From positions 280-64,279 of the forward strand of contig CANQXN010000002.1 in NCBI GenBank assembly GCA_947627815.1: a stretch of 64,000 nt of DNA, given 5' to 3'. Below are positions 18,401 through 28,575 of the stretch, piece after piece (positions within the stretch are counted from its first letter, which is position 1; every line of letters starts with the position of its first letter). The translations under genes and the position numbers were made by a program. The notes below the pieces were generated by a model. The model made no database searches. It saw only the letters and a program-made list of their open reading frames with translations, and was not told the DNA's origin. The stretch is from an uncultured Clostridia bacterium. GTDB lineage: Bacteria; Bacillota; Clostridia; Oscillospirales; CAG-272.

Positions 18401-21190
18401 ATGGCCAAGGACTACACAACTTCACTGAATTTGCCTATGACTTCTTTTCCCATGCGAGGCAATTTGCCGCAACGGGAGCCGGACATGCTGAAGGCATGGG
18501 AAGATATGGATCTGTATCATAAAATTAATGAGCGCAGAGCGGGACATCCGCTGTTTGTTCTGCATGACGGCCCTCCTTTTTCCAACGGCAATATTCATAT
18601 GGGGACGGCCATGAACAAGATCCTGAAGGACATCATCAACAAAAGCAAGATGATGAGCGGATACCGGGTTCCTTATATTCCCGGCTGGGACAACCATGGG
18701 ATGCCCATTGAGAGCGCTATTATCAAACAAAATAAACTTGACCGGAAAAAGATGACGATTCCGGAATTTCGTTCAGCCTGCCAAAAATTTGCGCAGAAAT
18801 ATATTGATTTGCAAAGAACCTCGTTCCGTCGGCTGGGGATTCTTGCGGATTGGGAACACCCTTATACTACGATGTCGCCTTCCTTCGAAGCGGCTGAAGT
18901 AAAAGTTTTCGGCAAGATGTTTGAGAAAAAATACATCTATAAGGGTCTGAAACCGGTCTATTGGTGTCCGCACGATGAGACGGCGCTGGCGGAGGCGGAA
19001 ATTGAATACCGCGACATCCCCTGCACATCGGTATATGTAAAATTTGCGCTGAAAGACGATCTCGGCAAACTTGGCGATATCGCCAATACCTATTTTATTA
19101 TCTGGACGACAACGACATGGACATTGCCGGGCAACTTGGCCATTGCACTGCATCCGAAAGACAGTTATGCGCTTGTGGAAGCATCCGATGGCAATCGGTA
19201 TATTGTTGCCGAGGCGTTGGCCGAAAAAACCATGAAGGCCGGCGGGATTGATTCTTATAAAATTATAAAGACTGCGCCCGGCGCTTTCTTTGAGTATATG
19301 AAAGCCAGCCATCCGTTCTTGGAAAGGGAAAGCCTCGTTGTCAATGCGGAATATGTTACTATGGATTCCGGTACCGGCTGCGTTCATACCGCGCCCGGAT
19401 TTGGCGCCGATGACTATCAGACCTGTAAACGCTACAATATGGATATTCTGGTGCCGGTAGACGATAAGGGGTGTCAGACGGCCGATGCCGGGAAGTATGC
19501 CGGCATGTTTTACGAGGATTCCAACAAGGCCATTTATTCGGATATGGAGCAAAGCGGCGCGCTTTTTGCATCGGAAAAAATGACGCACTCTTATCCGCAC
19601 TGCTGGCGCTGTAAAAATCCTATTATCTTCCGGGCTACGCCTCAGTGGTTTTGCTCGGTGGAAGCCTTTGTGGACGAGGCCGCCGCATCATGCCGCGATG
19701 TGAACTGGAATCCGGTTTGGGGCGAAGAACGCATGATTCAGATGCTTCGGGAGCGTACCGATTGGTGCATTTCCCGTCAGCGTCACTGGGGTCTGCCGAT
19801 TCCGGTGGTATATTGCGATAACTGTAAAAAGCCGATCTGTAACGCTGAAACGATTGAAAAAATCTCGAAGATATTTGCCGCGCAAGGTAGTAATGCTTGG
19901 TTTGAAAAAAGTGCGGAAGAGCTTTTACCCGACGGTTTTACCTGCCCCTTCTGCGGGCAATCCCATTTCACCAAGGAAACCGATACGCTGGACGGCTGGT
20001 TTGATTCCGGCTCCTCACATTTTGCTGTGTTGGATAGCAATCCGGACATGAAATGGCCGGCGGATCTCTACCTGGAAGGCGGCGACCAATATCGCGGATG
20101 GTTTCAGGCTTCTTTGCTGACCGCCGTGGCGGTCAAAGGGCAGGGCGCCCCCTTCAAAAGTATCCTCACCCACGGCTGGACGGTGGACGGCGAAGGCAAA
20201 GCCATGCACAAATCGGAAGGCAACTTTATTCCGCCGGAAGATTTGATCAAGAAATACGGCGCGGATTTGGTACGGCTATGGGCGGCATCCAGCGATTATC
20301 GTGCCGATGTCCGAGTATCGGATGCCATTTTTGGGCAGCTTTCTGAAGCCTATCGTAAGATCCGGAATACCGCTCGTATTCTGCTTGCCAATGTGGGCGA
20401 CGCCGGCGTTGACTTTGATCCTGACAAGGACATGGTTGCGCCCGCCGATATGCTACCGTTGGATCAATGGGCGCTTACGCGTCTGAATCAACTCATTGTC
20501 GCGGTGAATGAGGCATATGCCGCCTATGACTTTAATCAGGTGACACATGCGGTGATGAATTTCTGTACCACCGATATGTCGAAGCTTTATATCGATATTA
20601 TTAAAGACAGAGTCTATGTGGAACGGAAAACCTCGTTTGAGCGCCGCAGTGCGCAAAGCGCGCTTTGGCTGATCCTTTCTGCCCTGACTCGCATGATCGC
20701 CCCCATTCTCTCCTTTACCGCCGATGAGATTTGGAAGGTGATGCCGCATACCGCCGCAGAAGATCCCAGAAGCGCCTTGCTCAATGATATGCCGACGCCG
20801 GACAGCAGGTTTGTCTTTGACGGACTTGAAAAAGAATACAACAAGCTCTTTGCGCTGCGGGATGATGTCATGAAAGCGCTTGAGATCGCACGAGCCGAGA
20901 AGAGAATAGGAAAATCTTTGGACGCCAAAATCACACTCTTCGCTTCTGGGAATGAAAAAGCGATTTTGGATGAGTTTTCCGGAGAACTTGCAACCATCTG
21001 CATTGTGTCTCAGGCGGAAGTAAAAGACGAAACGCCGGCTCCCGGCGCTTTTATCGGCGAAAACAGTGCGATTGCCGTGCTGGTGGAGCCTGCCGAAGGA
21101 GAAAAATGTGAGCGTTGCTGGATGTATACGAAAGATATCGTGTCAGACGGCGAGGGACGCATTTGCCGTCGTTGCCGTAAGAATATCTGA
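18401..21190 (+). CDS. ileS: Isoleucine--tRNA ligase (type 1, C-terminal zinc finger)
   Basis: A HIGH-type motif (PPFSNGNIHMGT), a KMSKS-type motif (KAMHKSEGN), and the C-terminal CERCW...CRRCRKNI. Confidence 0.95.
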   Translation: MAKDYTTSLNLPMTSFPMRGNLPQREPDMLKAWEDMDLYHKINERRAGHPLFVLHDGPPFSNGNIHMGTAMNKILKDIINKSKMMSGYRVPYIPGWDNHGMPIESAIIKQNKLDRKKMTIPEFRSACQKFAQKYIDLQRTSFRRLGILADWEHPYTTMSPSFEAAEVKVFGKMFEKKYIYKGLKPVYWCPHDETALAEAEIEYRDIPCTSVYVKFALKDDLGKLGDIANTYFIIWTTTTWTLPGNLAIALHPKDSYALVEASDGNRYIVAEALAEKTMKAGGIDSYKIIKTAPGAFFEYMKASHPFLERESLVVNAEYVTMDSGTGCVHTAPGFGADDYQTCKRYNMDILVPVDDKGCQTADAGKYAGMFYEDSNKAIYSDMEQSGALFASEKMTHSYPHCWRCKNPIIFRATPQWFCSVEAFVDEAAASCRDVNWNPVWGEERMIQMLRERTDWCISRQRHWGLPIPVVYCDNCKKPICNAETIEKISKIFAAQGSNAWFEKSAEELLPDGFTCPFCGQSHFTKETDTLDGWFDSGSSHFAVLDSNPDMKWPADLYLEGGDQYRGWFQASLLTAVAVKGQGAPFKSILTHGWTVDGEGKAMHKSEGNFIPPEDLIKKYGADLVRLWAASSDYRADVRVSDAIFGQLSEAYRKIRNTARILLANVGDAGVDFDPDKDMVAPADMLPLDQWALTRLNQLIVAVNEAYAAYDFNQVTHAVMNFCTTDMSKLYIDIIKDRVYVERKTSFERRSAQSALWLILSALTRMIAPILSFTADEIWKVMPHTAAEDPRSALLNDMPTPDSRFVFDGLEKEYNKLFALRDDVMKALEIARAEKRIGKSLDAKITLFASGNEKAILDEFSGELATICIVSQAEVKDETPAPGAFIGENSAIAVLVEPAEGEKCERCWMYTKDIVSDGEGRICRRCRKNI

Positions 21191-21993
21191 TGAATAACTC
21201 CATGAATCCGAAAAAAGCAGGGAACAAGCAAGAACTGTTCAAACTTCTTGTTTTTGTTGCGATTATTATTCTTACCGTTTTTGTCGATCTCTTCAGCAAA
21301 GCACTGGTAAAAAACAGTGCTTTGCTGACAAGAGGCGGCACGATCGAGTTGATCCCCGGCGTGTTCCGCCTGCGGTATGTGGAAAATCAAGGCGCGGCGT
21401 TTGGATCGCTTTCCAACAGTCGCTGGCTTTTTATGGCGTTTTCTTCTGTTGCCATCGTGGTTCTGCTGTATCTGTTGATCAGGAAAAGACGCACACTGTC
21501 GTATTGGGCGGGCGTAGCGATTTCTTTGATCATCGGCGGCGGCATCGGCAATATGTATGAAAGACTTTTCAATGTCAATGCCCAAGGGGTCTGCGTCGTT
21601 ACCGATTTTTTTGATTTTTATCCCTTTTCTTTCTGGAAATGGATCTTTAATGTGGCGGATGTTGCCGTTTGCGTTGGCGCCGCTATCTTGGTTTTGTATT
21701 ATTTTGTTGATACAGTAAAGACCTATCGGCGAGAAAAAAAGCAAAAAGCCGTCGGCGACGGCGTTTCTTTGAACCCCTATACCTTGTTGTATGAGGATCT
21801 TTGTACCGATCCGACAGAGGACAGCGGCGCAATCGGAGAGAAAGAAAATCCGCCGGCAACGGATGCCTCGGAGGACAATTCGGATAATCGCCCATCGTCA
21901 AGCGACGCAGACTGTGATGTAAGACAAGACAGCCTGCCAGATGCGCCAGAAAACAGAGAAGCGGACGGAACGGATGGCGAAAAGGACGGATAA
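21190..21993 (+). CDS. lspA: Lipoprotein signal peptidase II with a roughly 90-aa acidic C-terminal extension
   Basis: LIPGVFRLRYVENQGAAFG, GGGIGNMYERL and FNVADVAV. The start overlaps the ileS stop (TGATG). Confidence 0.9.
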   Translation: MNNSMNPKKAGNKQELFKLLVFVAIIILTVFVDLFSKALVKNSALLTRGGTIELIPGVFRLRYVENQGAAFGSLSNSRWLFMAFSSVAIVVLLYLLIRKRRTLSYWAGVAISLIIGGGIGNMYERLFNVNAQGVCVVTDFFDFYPFSFWKWIFNVADVAVCVGAAILVLYYFVDTVKTYRREKKQKAVGDGVSLNPYTLLYEDLCTDPTEDSGAIGEKENPPATDASEDNSDNRPSSSDADCDVRQDSLPDAPENREADGTDGEKDG

Positions 21994-21996
21994 ATC

Positions 21997-22926
21997 ATGA
22001 TGTTTCACATTCCAACCCCCGATGATATCGGAAAGCGCTTGGATAAATTTGTGGCGGAACGAGAAGACCTGACTCGTTCCGCCATTCAAAAATTGATTGA
22101 AACCGGCCATGTGACTGTCAACGGTCAGGCGGTAAGTAAAAATTATCTGCTCAAAGACGGCGACGATGTGGAGATTGAAGCGCCTCCCCCAACTTCACTG
22201 ACACTGGAGCCGGAAAATATTCCTTTGGATATTGTATACGAGGATGACGATCTTTTGGTTGTCAACAAACCGAAAGGGATGGTCGTTCATCCGGCGCCCG
22301 GAAATTATAGCGCGACACTGGTCAACGCGCTTCTTTACCATTGTCGGGGACATTTATCCGGCATTAACGGCGTGATTCGTCCCGGAATCGTTCACCGTAT
22401 CGATAAAGACACTTCCGGCCTTTTGTTGGTCGCCAAAAACGATGTTGCTCATCATCATCTTGCGGCACAGATTGCCGCGCATACATTGGAGCGCGCCTAT
22501 GAGGCTTTAGCAGTGGGCGGATTTTCTGAAGACGAGGGAACGATTGATGCGCCGCTGGCAAGACATCCTACCGATCGGAAGCGCATGGCGGTGGTTAAGG
22601 GCGGCAGGGAAGCCGTGACTCACTGGACGGTACTTGCCCGTTATCGCGGTTATACCCATTTGCGTTGCCGTTTGGAAACCGGGCGTACCCATCAGATCCG
22701 GGTACATCTTTCCTCTCTTGGTCATCCGCTTTTTGGTGATACCGTATACGGCGGCGGGAAGAGTAAATTCGAAATACAAAATGCCGCCTTGGCTGCGGGT
22801 CAGGTACTCCACGCCAAACGCTTGGGTTTTGTTCATCCTGCGACGGGCGAGAAAATGGTATTTGAAAGTGATCTGCCGCCCTATTTTTGTATGCTTTTAA
22901 AGAAACTGGAAGATGAACGCATCTGA
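21997..22926 (+). CDS. rluD: RluA-family 23S rRNA pseudouridine synthase (RluD/YlyB-like)
   Basis: An N-terminal S4 domain, the catalytic motif HRIDKDTSGLLLVAKN, and GRTHQIRVH. Confidence 0.9.
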   Translation: MMFHIPTPDDIGKRLDKFVAEREDLTRSAIQKLIETGHVTVNGQAVSKNYLLKDGDDVEIEAPPPTSLTLEPENIPLDIVYEDDDLLVVNKPKGMVVHPAPGNYSATLVNALLYHCRGHLSGINGVIRPGIVHRIDKDTSGLLLVAKNDVAHHHLAAQIAAHTLERAYEALAVGGFSEDEGTIDAPLARHPTDRKRMAVVKGGREAVTHWTVLARYRGYTHLRCRLETGRTHQIRVHLSSLGHPLFGDTVYGGGKSKFEIQNAALAAGQVLHAKRLGFVHPATGEKMVFESDLPPYFCMLLKKLEDERI

Positions 22927-22970
22927 CAAGCAGGGAGGCCATGCCAAGTCTTGGGATAAAGGAACACGCC

Positions 22971-23753
22971 ATGAAACTATTTGACACCCACACCCATTAT
23001 GATGATGAAAAATTTGATCTTGATGACCGCGATGCCCTGCTTGCTTCTTTGTTTCGCGAGGAAGTCTGTCTTATGGTGGGCGCTGCGGTCAATCTGACTT
23101 CATCGCGATTTACCATAGCTACCGCGGCAAAATATCCCGGTTACTATGCCGCAGTGGGGATTCATCCCGAAAATTGCGGGGAATATGACGATCCCGAAAA
23201 CGCCTTATCCGACCTGGAAGCGCTGGCGCAGGCGGAGAAAGTGGTTGCCATCGGCGAGATCGGACTTGATTATTATTGGGACAGCAATCCGCCCAAAGAG
23301 GTACAGCAGTTTTATTTTGAGCGGCAGTTGGCGCTTGCACAGAAGCTTTCGCTGCCGGTGATTGTTCATGATAGAGAAGCTCATGGCGCGGTGATTGATA
23401 CGCTAATGCGCTATCCAAGTGTCACCGGTGTCATGCACTCTTTTTCCGGCAGTGCGGAAATGGCCAAGGAACTTTTAAAACGGGGATGGTACATTTCTTT
23501 TTCGGGCGTTATCACATATAAAAACGCTACGCGACTTGCCGAGGTGGTGCGTACCGTTCCCCTTGACAGAATCCTTGTGGAAACCGATTGTCCCTATCTT
23601 ACGCCGGTTCCCATGCGAGGTAAGATCAATCATTCCGGGTATGTAAAATACACTGCCGTCAAAGCTGCCGAGCTGAGGGGAGAAGATTATGACGCCTTTG
23701 CCCGTGCGACAGTGGAAAACGGCAAGCGGGCGTTTGGCATCTCGCTTGGCTGA
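22971..23753 (+). CDS. tatD: TatD family metal-dependent hydrolase/DNase
   Basis: MKLFDTHTHYDD, AIGEIGLDYYW, VIVHDREAH and ETDCPYL. Confidence 0.9.
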   Translation: MKLFDTHTHYDDEKFDLDDRDALLASLFREEVCLMVGAAVNLTSSRFTIATAAKYPGYYAAVGIHPENCGEYDDPENALSDLEALAQAEKVVAIGEIGLDYYWDSNPPKEVQQFYFERQLALAQKLSLPVIVHDREAHGAVIDTLMRYPSVTGVMHSFSGSAEMAKELLKRGWYISFSGVITYKNATRLAEVVRTVPLDRILVETDCPYLTPVPMRGKINHSGYVKYTAVKAAELRGEDYDAFARATVENGKRAFGISLG

Positions 23754-23829
23754 GAAAAAGAACTGTTTTATCGGTTCACTTCTTCCCAAAGGGATTTTAT
23801 CACCTGTCCTTTCCGCGTGCAATAAAAAA

Positions 23830-23858
23830 ACTGACATCCTGATACTTGGGATGTCAGT
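23830..23858. terminator. Bidirectional hairpin terminator between convergent tatD and rpsT
   Basis: ACTGACATCC - 9-nt loop - GGATGTCAGT, flanked by an A-run upstream and T-rich sequence downstream. Confidence 0.6.
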
Positions 23859-23884
23859 CTTCTGTTTTCGGTTTGATTTTCCGT

Positions 23885-24160
23885 TCACGCCATCGCGTTG
23901 AGCATCAGGGTGAAACGGCTCTTTTTTCTCGCGGCATTATTAGGATGCAGAACGCCTTTGGCAGCGGCCTGATCGGTTTTCTTCATCACAAGAGAATACA
24001 GGCTTGTAGCGGTAGCTTTATCTCCACCGGCAACAGCAACTTCATATTTCTTGACCAGCGTCTTATAGGCAGAGCGGATCATTCTGTTTCTGAGGTTTTT
24101 TGCCTTTGAGGTAATTACTCTCTTTTTGGCAGAATCCATCTTTTTCTTTTCGTTTGCCAA
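23885..24160 (-). CDS. rpsT: 30S ribosomal protein S20
   Basis: ANEKKKMDSAKKRVITSKAKNLRNRMIRSAYKTLVKK... The TTG start at 24160 lies 8 nt after GAAGGAGG, and the track's longer 115-aa form has no support. Confidence 0.85.
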   Translation of the reverse strand: MANEKKKMDSAKKRVITSKAKNLRNRMIRSAYKTLVKKYEVAVAGGDKATATSLYSLVMKKTDQAAAKGVLHPNNAARKKSRFTLMLNAMA

Positions 24161-24203
24161 TGTATACACCTCCTTCTCGGGAAACTTATTTCGATACTTG
24201 TTT

Positions 24204-24232
24204 ATAATATCATGTTTGCAAAAAAAAAGCAA
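24204..24232 (-). promoter_or_regulatory. Candidate rpsT promoter
   Basis: On the minus strand: TTGCTT, a 17-nt spacer, then TATTAT. Confidence 0.4.
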
Positions 24233-24273
24233 GCCCCTTTTTGATTTTTTTTAAAATTTTTTCCAAAAAAGTC

Positions 24274-24302
24274 TTGACAAGCCCTTCCTTGTGTGGTAAA
24301 GT
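24274..24302 (+). promoter_or_regulatory. Candidate rpoBC promoter
   Basis: TTGACA, a 17-nt spacer, then TAAAGT with an upstream TGG (extended -10) and an AT-rich UP-like tract. This leaves a leader of about 285 nt. Confidence 0.5.
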
Positions 24303-24586
24303 ATCAATACTTAGACTCGGATAGAATGCCGTTGTATTATTTTTCAGCTTACAAAAAATGTTTTTTGAAGCGTACAATGGGTCGCTCCGAAAAAAATGAA
24401 TCACGAAAATTAAGGTCATATTCTGTTTTCGTTCCAGTTGTTAGCTTGTTTTACAAGGTTTTTTTGTTGCGGCTGTAACCAGCATGCCGAAGAAAAAACA
24501 AAATTGTAAAATATTTGTGAACAGCGCAGGGGCGTTTATGGGGTATGGTCTATTTATTTGCTGAAAAACGAAAGAGAGGATTGACT

Positions 24587-27500
24587 ATGGCGAAACTGTC
24601 GGTCAAAAAAGTAAAGCTCGGAACACAAGAGCGTTTCAGCTTTGCCAAGATCGATGAAGCGATCGAAATGCCCAATCTGTTGGATGTCCAGAAAAAATCT
24701 TATCGCTGGTTCATCGAAGAAGGGCTGAGGGAAGTATTGAAAGATGTTTCTCCGATCGTAGACTATTCCGGCAATCTGAACATCGATTTTGTTGATTACA
24801 AAATTGATGAAAACGCTCCGAAATATCCCGAAGAGGAATGCAAGGAGCGTGATGTGAACTATGCCGCGCCCCTGCGGGTCACCGTACGCCTTTACAACAA
24901 GGAAACCCAAGAGGTCAAGGAGAAGGAAATCTTCATGGGCGATTTTCCGCTCATGACCGATAACGGCACCTTTATTATCAATGGTGCGGAGCGTGTGGTT
25001 GTCTCACAGATCGTCCGTTCCCCCGGTATGTATTATGACAGCGCCGTCGACAAATCCGGAAAAAAGATTTATACCTCTCAGGTGATTCCTTACCGTGGCG
25101 CATGGTTGGAATACGAAACTGACGCAAACGACATATTCGGCGTCCGGATCGATAAAAACCGCAAAATACCCGTAACCATCCTGATCCGCGCCTTGGGTCT
25201 CGGCAGGGACAGCGATATCTATGCGCTGTTCGGTGAAGATCCCATGATGAAAGCCACGGCAACCAAAGACGGTATGGAGGCGGAAGCGCTCAAAGCCGGT
25301 ACAACAGCGGAAGAGGAGGCCCTCAAGGAAATCTATCGCCGCCTGCGTCCCGGAGAGCCTGCGCTTGTGGAAAGCGCCAGAACGCTCGTACACAATCTTT
25401 TCTTTGATCCCAAGCGCTATGATCTGGCGCCGGTGGGTCGTTATAAATTTAATAAGAAGGTAGCTGTTTCCGCGCGGCTTATCGGACACCACCTTGCTCG
25501 CCCCTTGGTCAGCCCTTATACCGGTGAATTTTTGGCCGATGAGGGTACTCTTGTGGATCGTGCGCTGGCAGAAACCATTGACTTTTCCGGTGTCAACGAG
25601 GCGTATGTTCTCAATGAACACGGTGTGGAAGTCAAGGTTTTCTCCAACGGCACCGTTTATCCGAAAACCTTGTTGGGCTATGATCTTACTGAAGTAGGGA
25701 TTAAGGAAAAAGTTGTCGCGTCGGTTCTTAGCGAGATCATGACCGCCTGCGGTAATAATAAGGAAGAAATCCTCAAGACTTGCAGCGATCGGATGGCGGA
25801 TCTTGTCCCGAAACATATTACTAAGGAAGACATCCTTGCGTCTATCAACTATCTGCTGACACTTTCACACGATATCGGATCGGTGGATGATATTGACCAT
25901 TTGGGCAACCGCAGACTCCGTTCCGTTGGTGAACTTCTGCAAAATCAGCTTCGCATCGGGTTCTCTCGGATGGATAAAATCGTCAAGGAACGCATGACCA
26001 TTCAGGACACCGATTCGGTTTCTCCCGAAGCGCTGATCAATATTCGTCCCATTGTGACGGCCATTCGCGACTTCTTCGGGTCGTCTCCTTTGTCACAGTT
26101 TATGGATCAGAACAACCCGCTGGCAGAACTGACACACAAGCGCCGTTTGTCGGCACTTGGTCCCGGCGGTTTGTCCAGAGAACGCGCCTCCTTTGATGTC
26201 CGTGATGTACACTATACGCATTATGGCCGTATGTGTCCCATAGAGACGCCTGAAGGGCCGAACATCGGTTTGATCTCCTATCTCTCCACCTATGCTAAAA
26301 TCGATGAATACGGCTTTATTGAAGCGCCTTACCGCAAAATCGACAAAACCACCGGACAGGTCACAGATACGATCGAATATATGACCGCCGATGTGGAAGA
26401 CAACTATATTATTGCTCAGGCCAACGAGCCGTTGGATGCTGACCATCATTTTGTCAACCGCAAAGTGGTGGCCCGTCATAAGGCGGACATCATCGAAATC
26501 GATGCGGAGAAGGCCGATTATATGGATGTTTCTCCTAAGATGGTGGTGTCGGTAGCAACGGCGCACATTCCGTTTTTGGAAAATGATGACAACTCCCGTG
26601 CTTTGATGGGCGCCAACATGCAGAAGCAGGCTGTACCGCTTCTTACCTGTGACAGTCCTATCGTGGGAACGGGTATGGAGTACAAAGCCGCCGTCGATTC
26701 CGGCGTGGTGGTTGTCTGCCGCAATTCCGGCGTGGCGGAGCGCGTGACGGCGGATGAGATCGTCATTCGTACCGATAGCGGCCGTAAAGAAGAGTACCGT
26801 CTTACCAAATTCAAACGGACCAACCAAGGCACCTGCGTCAATCAGCGTCCTTTGATCTCAGAAGGCGATTATGTAGAAGCCGGTCGGGTCATTGCCGACG
26901 GCCCCGCTACCAGCAACGGCGAAATCTCCTTGGGTAAAAACGCGCTGATCGGATTTATGACCTGGGAAGGCTACAACTACGAATATGCTGTTCTGCTCAA
27001 CGAGCGTCTGGTGCAGGACGATGTATATACCTCCATTCACATTGAAGAATATTCCCATGAGGCCAGAGATACCAAACTCGGTCCGGAAGAGATTACCCGG
27101 GAGATTCCCAATGTGGGCGAAGAACCCAAAAAATATCTCGATGCCGACGGTATTGTGCTGAAAGGTACGGAAGTTCGTGCCGGCGATATCCTGGTGGGCA
27201 AAGTCACGCCTAAGGGCGAGACGGAACTTACCGCGGAAGAGCGGTTGCTGCGTGCCATTTTCGGGGAGAAGGCCAGGGAAGTGAGAGATACCTCCTACCG
27301 CCTGCCCCACGGTCAGAGCGGTATCGTGGTAGATGTCAAAATCTTTTCGAGAGAAGCCGGCGATGAGCTGCCCCCCGGTGTCAATAAAGTGGTTCGGGTC
27401 TATATAGCGCAGAAGAGAAAGATATCTGTCGGCGATAAAATGGCGGGCCGTCACGGGAATAAAGGCGTTGTTTCGCGTATTCTCCCCCCGGAAGATATGC

Positions 27501-28558
27501 CTTTTATGAAGGACGGTACGCCGCTGGATATCGTGCTGAACCCGATGGGCGTGCCTTCCCGTATGAACATCGGACAGGTGCTGGAGGTCCATTTGGGTAT
27601 TGCCGCCAAGAAACTCGGCTGGAAGATCATGACGCCGGTATTTGACGGCGCGACCGAAAAAGATATTTCGGAATGCATGAAGATGGCCGGTATGTACCGC
27701 GAGGTTCTGCCCAATGAAAACATTGACAACAAGAATGTTTTCGTGATGAATCAAGAGGACGAAAAAAGCGAACCCACCTATACACAGGTGACCTTTACCG
27801 AAAAAACAGACGAAAACGGCCGCGCGTATTATGTCCCTGTCTATGAAGGTGTAGAACGGGATGCGGCTTGGGTTCGTTCTATGGTGGATGCCGAGAAACT
27901 CAAAATCGTGGACGGCAAATCCATTTTGTACGATGGCCGTACCGGCGAACGGTTTGAAAATCCTGTCACCGTGGGTATTATGTACTATCTGAAACTCCAT
28001 CACTTGGTAGACGAAAAGATTCACGCCCGTTCCATCGGTCCGTATTCTCTGGTGACACAGCAGCCGCTCGGCGGTAAAGCGCAATTCGGCGGTCAGCGGT
28101 TCGGTGAAATGGAAGTCTGGGCTTTGGAAGCTTACGGCGCCGCCTACACATTGCAGGAGATCCTGACGGTCAAGAGCGATGATGTTATGGGTCGTACCAA
28201 AACCTATGAGGCGATTGTCAAGGGACAGAATATTCCCACGCCGGGTGTGCCGGAATCGTTCCGCGTATTGGTCAAAGAGTTGCAGTCTCTGTGTCTTGAT
28301 GTAAGAGTGCTGGACAAAAACGGTGAGGAAATCGAGCTTGCCCGCATCGGCGAAGAGGAAGACGCGCAGTTTGCCGCTTCCGGCGCCGAAGAGGTGGGCG
28401 AGAACATCGTGACGGAAGATATTTTCCGCTCGGCGTATGAAGACACCGGAGAAACTGCCAACGAGGAAGATATGGACAATGACGACGCAGCAGAGGAAGA
28501 CTTTGACGGTTACGGCGACGCATATGACGATGGGTCTGACGATGATGACGACATGTAA
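24587..28558 (+). CDS. rpoB: DNA-directed RNA polymerase subunit beta
   Basis: Conserved blocks are unambiguous ([51 protein letters not shown]). The ATG at 24587 follows AGAGAGGA. There is an acidic C-terminal tail and an extra segment of about 70 aa before ILYDGRTGE. Confidence 0.97.
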   Translation: MAKLSVKKVKLGTQERFSFAKIDEAIEMPNLLDVQKKSYRWFIEEGLREVLKDVSPIVDYSGNLNIDFVDYKIDENAPKYPEEECKERDVNYAAPLRVTVRLYNKETQEVKEKEIFMGDFPLMTDNGTFIINGAERVVVSQIVRSPGMYYDSAVDKSGKKIYTSQVIPYRGAWLEYETDANDIFGVRIDKNRKIPVTILIRALGLGRDSDIYALFGEDPMMKATATKDGMEAEALKAGTTAEEEALKEIYRRLRPGEPALVESARTLVHNLFFDPKRYDLAPVGRYKFNKKVAVSARLIGHHLARPLVSPYTGEFLADEGTLVDRALAETIDFSGVNEAYVLNEHGVEVKVFSNGTVYPKTLLGYDLTEVGIKEKVVASVLSEIMTACGNNKEEILKTCSDRMADLVPKHITKEDILASINYLLTLSHDIGSVDDIDHLGNRRLRSVGELLQNQLRIGFSRMDKIVKERMTIQDTDSVSPEALINIRPIVTAIRDFFGSSPLSQFMDQNNPLAELTHKRRLSALGPGGLSRERASFDVRDVHYTHYGRMCPIETPEGPNIGLISYLSTYAKIDEYGFIEAPYRKIDKTTGQVTDTIEYMTADVEDNYIIAQANEPLDADHHFVNRKVVARHKADIIEIDAEKADYMDVSPKMVVSVATAHIPFLENDDNSRALMGANMQKQAVPLLTCDSPIVGTGMEYKAAVDSGVVVVCRNSGVAERVTADEIVIRTDSGRKEEYRLTKFKRTNQGTCVNQRPLISEGDYVEAGRVIADGPATSNGEISLGKNALIGFMTWEGYNYEYAVLLNERLVQDDVYTSIHIEEYSHEARDTKLGPEEITREIPNVGEEPKKYLDADGIVLKGTEVRAGDILVGKVTPKGETELTAEERLLRAIFGEKAREVRDTSYRLPHGQSGIVVDVKIFSREAGDELPPGVNKVVRVYIAQKRKISVGDKMAGRHGNKGVVSRILPPEDMPFMKDGTPLDIVLNPMGVPSRMNIGQVLEVHLGIAAKKLGWKIMTPVFDGATEKDISECMKMAGMYREVLPNENIDNKNVFVMNQEDEKSEPTYTQVTFTEKTDENGRAYYVPVYEGVERDAAWVRSMVDAEKLKIVDGKSILYDGRTGERFENPVTVGIMYYLKLHHLVDEKIHARSIGPYSLVTQQPLGGKAQFGGQRFGEMEVWALEAYGAAYTLQEILTVKSDDVMGRTKTYEAIVKGQNIPTPGVPESFRVLVKELQSLCLDVRVLDKNGEEIELARIGEEEDAQFAASGAEEVGENIVTEDIFRSAYEDTGETANEEDMDNDDAAEEDFDGYGDAYDDGSDDDDDM

Positions 28559-28575
28559 GAAAGGAGATACGGTAA

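Noticed and set aside
28444-28558. The acidic D/E-rich C-terminal tail of RpoB as an unusual feature.
   Set aside because: As far as I recall, acidic C-terminal tails on RpoB are common in Firmicutes, including Bacillus. It is noted in the feature evidence only.
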